A stretch of 64,000 bases of DNA, from the NCBI GenBank assembly GCA_964270895.1, contig OZ185450.1, one strand, 5' to 3'. The position numbers and the translations under genes are program-made. This DNA is from Podarcis filfolensis. Taxonomy: Eukaryota. The notes under the pieces are model-generated. The model searched no databases. It saw only the letters and a list, made by a program, of their open reading frames with translations, and was not told the DNA's origin. How positions within the stretch are numbered: the stretch's first letter is position 1; every line of letters starts with the position of its first letter. Positions 61,001 to 64,000 of this stretch are shown piece after piece.

Positions 61001-63816
61001 GGGAAAGCTCATTAACAACGGTTCTCTGTTTTGCATCAGACAACCACTATTTTCTCTCAATGCCCACCCAGCCTCCTCCTTCATCAGATATCACAGTCTT
61101 CAGCTTGCCTTTAAGATGCAGTGTCAAATGTTAAATCCTGAAACTTGTATATTCTCCTTCAGCCACCCCAGCTGTGATTACATACAGGGAGGTTGAAGAG
61201 GGCCGAGACTTACGGTAACTTATCTGTCTTGACAGAAACTAACATCTGTACACGGCAAAGAAGCAAATTGTGGGGGAGGGAAGTCTGTGCCCTCAAGAAA
61301 CTTGTCAGGAATTCCAGAATACTGTGCCAACCTCTCTCTCCCCACCTCCTCTGATGTAGTTAACTTTGTCCATTAATCCCTGAAAAGTGGCTTAGAGTAA
61401 CCAGCTAGATTTGACCTGAGACTTAAGGTCACCCTGATCTTAACAAGACTGGACATCCCTCAAGGAAAACTCTTCATGAAGCTACAAGCAAGTCTATCGC
61501 ACATAGGAGCGGGGATTCCACAGACCACGTTAAGAACAGCCACCTGCAACTGTAACTCCCACCAGCTGTGGGCTAACACTGTTCAGCTTCCTCCAGTCCC
61601 AACATTATACAGCACTGCTGGCTGTGACTGATAGGAACTGCAATCTCAGAAAGGGAAACATGCCTTATAGAGCACACACACGTAGAGCAGGGGCAGCCAA
61701 GTAGGCGCCCTCTCCCCACATGTGGTTGGACTACAGCTCCCATCATGCCTAGTGACTGGCTGTGGTTGGCTGGGGTAGGTGTTAGAAATCAACATCAGGC
61801 TGGCAACCCTGGAAGAGGTTCTCCTGCAAGAAGGCACTCCAAATTAGAGAAGCTCCCAAGGTAGGAAATTCCGACTCCTTGAAAGGAAGTGTCACCCAAG
61901 CTATTTTTTGTGCCCCCTTGAGAAACTGCAATTGATCAGCTTTTAATGGTATGATGCCTTAAAGAAACTAAGTAACTCGGATCCTTTAGCCCCCAGGGTC
62001 ATCAGGTGCCCTCCACCAGATAAAAACCCCTCTGGAATCTCCCTCCCTCCCTCACACACCCCTTTCCAAACCAGCATGGCTAGGTTTCTGCAGCAGGAAG
62101 GCAGGACACCCTTGGGAAGAGCTGTACCCTCAATCACATCATAGCCAAGCTACTGTCATCCCCCAAGGCCTCCCCAAACCACTCACCAGCTAGCCCTGAG
62201 GAGCTCTGCCCATCTTGCATCTTCTTCAGGCTCTCCAGGAGGGGGTTGGCGCTGGCAGCTGTGACAGCCAGCGACACAGCAGTGGACTTGTTAGGTATTG
62301 TCCCGAAAGACAGGGTGCTGGGTGGTGAGGTCATCGGCGCTGAGAGTCTGGGAGTGGAATCTGTTGGGGAGGACCAGCATGTAAGGAGCAGAGTGCTTAG
62401 GGCTTCAAAAAAATGTATTAAGCAGAATATAAATGCAGAATAAACCCAGGGGCACCCAAACACAACAACCAAGGAGGCAACCAAATGTACAAAGCCAATT
62501 GATAGACCTGCTATTCCTGAGAGCCACTAAAGGGACCTTCTTGAGGAGATCCAAAATTCCCTGTTTTCTGTTTTATTTTACTCTGCAAGCCCCTTATTCC
62601 AATGCCCTCCCCTCCCTAAACTTGAGACAGTTCATACACAGAGGGGAGAGGGTGCTCCTACCAGTCTTGTCCTCCAGGACTCTGTTGAACCACTGCAGAG
62701 CAGCCTTCTTTTCTGCATCCAGGTCAGCAGAAGTGACAGAATAGCCCAGCTGAGGCGGAAGAGGCTGTGGAGAGAAGAGGAGGGACATTGCTTGCTTCAG
62801 GTGAGCATGGCAGTCCAGTGGGCCCCCAGAGGAAGGAGGGAAAGCCCTCCAAGGGGCAGCAGAGGCAGCAGCCTGACACCAAGACAGTCTACCTGGCTCA
62901 GCCTTGTTTACACCAGGGGCAGTCAAAGCGGTCAGCAACCTTTGACTCAGTCAAGGCAAAAGGCAGTGAGTCAAGGGCTTGGCACTCATTCTCTCTCACT
63001 CCAAGCTTGTCCTCAAGGCCAACTAAGTCCAGAAAAAGGAACAGAAGGAGCGTACCATGGTGAAATTATCTTCCCGCCGAGTGGAGAGCAACTGGATCTT
63101 CCGCTTGCGCTTGCCAGTGCTGCCTGATGAAGGTGGCGACACTGGTGAGCTGTGCCTGCTCCGCAGGGGCATCTCTGCTGCTGCAAGAAGAAGAGGCCAG
63201 AGTTGGTAAGCCCGCGGTTTTATGCATGAGGCCCTGCCCAGCCAAAGGAGGCTTGGGATTCTGCAGCACTGGTGGCCTGTTTCTAAATACTGTCACTTTA
63301 AGCTTCTAATAAATCCCAGGTGGACATAATGTGAACATGGGAAGTGAGAGGAAAAACCTTCTAAAATGGGGTGGTTGAGGTGTGTAGCATCCAGCCCTCC
63401 AGATGTTGCTGAACTACAACTCCCCTCACTCCTGACAGCCAGGCCAGGCTGAAGGCCAGGGATAGCGGAAGCTCCAGGGAGATTTGGACTGCTACACGTT
63501 AAGATACACCCCCTGCCTCCGGCCATTCTAAAGTCTTCCCACCTAGCCTGTATTGAGATACACATTCTGCCTGCCTCCCCACCCGCCCGCTCCACCCACC
63601 AAGAGTTTTGCACTTGTTTGTTTTTTGCTTTAAGATCATCACAACAGTATCAATGCCACATCAATTCTGGTTCCTGCTCCAAGTATGTCCACCTTTTTAT
63701 TAGCAAAGCATCCCTGCCCCCCTCCACCTGCCTACTCACACTCATTCTTCTCTGCTGGCGCCTCCTTGTCTGTCCTCACAGGCGTGGAGTTGATGGACTG
63801 GTGAGACTCGTCATCC
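57976..63816 (-). CDS. POM121: nuclear envelope pore membrane protein POM121, 3' part (5' exons beyond the window)
   Basis: join(complement 63740-63816, 63056-63180, 62662-62764, 62187-62360, 59212-60942, 58310-58432, 57976-58070), phases continuous. Motifs [46 protein letters not shown]; 25 FG dipeptides counted in the last exons; C-terminus [15 protein letters not shown]. Confidence 0.94.
58310..58432 (-). CDS. POM121: POM121 penultimate coding exon, 123 nt
   Basis: [11 protein letters not shown]...[18 protein letters not shown]. Confidence 0.9.
59212..60942 (-). CDS. POM121: POM121 large FG-repeat exon, 1731 nt
   Basis: S/T/P/A-rich with 21 FG dipeptides; acceptor ctactccag, donor gtgagt. 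Confidence 0.92.
62187..62360 (-). CDS. POM121: POM121 internal exon, 174 nt
   Basis: DSTPRLSAP...[21 protein letters not shown]. Confidence 0.88.
62662..62764 (-). CDS. POM121: POM121 internal exon, 103 nt
   Basis: [34 protein letters not shown]. Confidence 0.92.
63056..63180 (-). CDS. POM121: POM121 internal exon, 125 nt (basic KRKRK segment)
   Basis: [41 protein letters not shown]. Confidence 0.88.
63381..63497. mobile_element. fold-back MITE in a POM121 intron
   Basis: gtgtagcatcca...tggactgctacac inverted ends with a ctacaactccc core. Confidence 0.55.
63740..63816 (-). CDS. POM121: POM121 internal exon, 77 nt
   Basis: [25 protein letters not shown]; phase 2 to phase 1. Confidence 0.8.
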
Positions 63817-64000
63817 CTGGAGCAAAAGGAGAAAGCCAGTGAGACCTGACCCTTGAGGACTCATTGCTCTCAAGACTCTGGCAGGTGAAGGGGTGTAGCT
63901 AAGGAAACAGGTGCCTTGGAGGACCCTTGCTATAAAAAGTACCTTGTACTGCCCCAAAACACCCACATTAAGGAGTCAGCTTTCCCATTTCACAGAATCC

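Noticed and set aside
59796-61196. 466-aa + strand ORF
   Set aside because: Antisense shadow of the low-complexity POM121 FG exon.

Overview
Vertebrate genomic DNA. The repeats (Sauria SINEs, BovB, Penelope-like elements, CR1) point to a squamate, probably a lacertid lizard (inference). The window is orthologous to part of the mammalian Williams-Beuren region. It contains FZD9 (-, intronless, 603 aa), FKBP6 (-, 8 coding exons traced, C-terminus unresolved), TRIM50 (-, 6 coding exons, 494 aa), NSUN5 (+, 10 coding exons, 477 aa) and the 3' part of POM121 (-, last 7 coding exons). Exon boundaries were read by hand from splice signals and phase continuity; no alignment was run. I found no new multi-gene system, CRISPR array or true tRNA/rRNA gene. 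The most notable observations are: (1) TRIM50 is inverted relative to human/mouse, so it is head-to-head with NSUN5 rather than FKBP6; (2) a perfect 12-bp inverted repeat gives both strands CTCTGGAATAAA where NSUN5 and POM121 converge; (3) FKBP6 exon 8 has no stop before its donor, and read-through would add a hydrophobic tail-anchor-like segment; (4) a minimal hammerhead ribozyme core lies in a Penelope-like element in FKBP6 intron 2; (5) NSUN5 has a GC-AG first intron and an N-terminal extension; (6) FZD9 has a strong-context 4-codon uORF.
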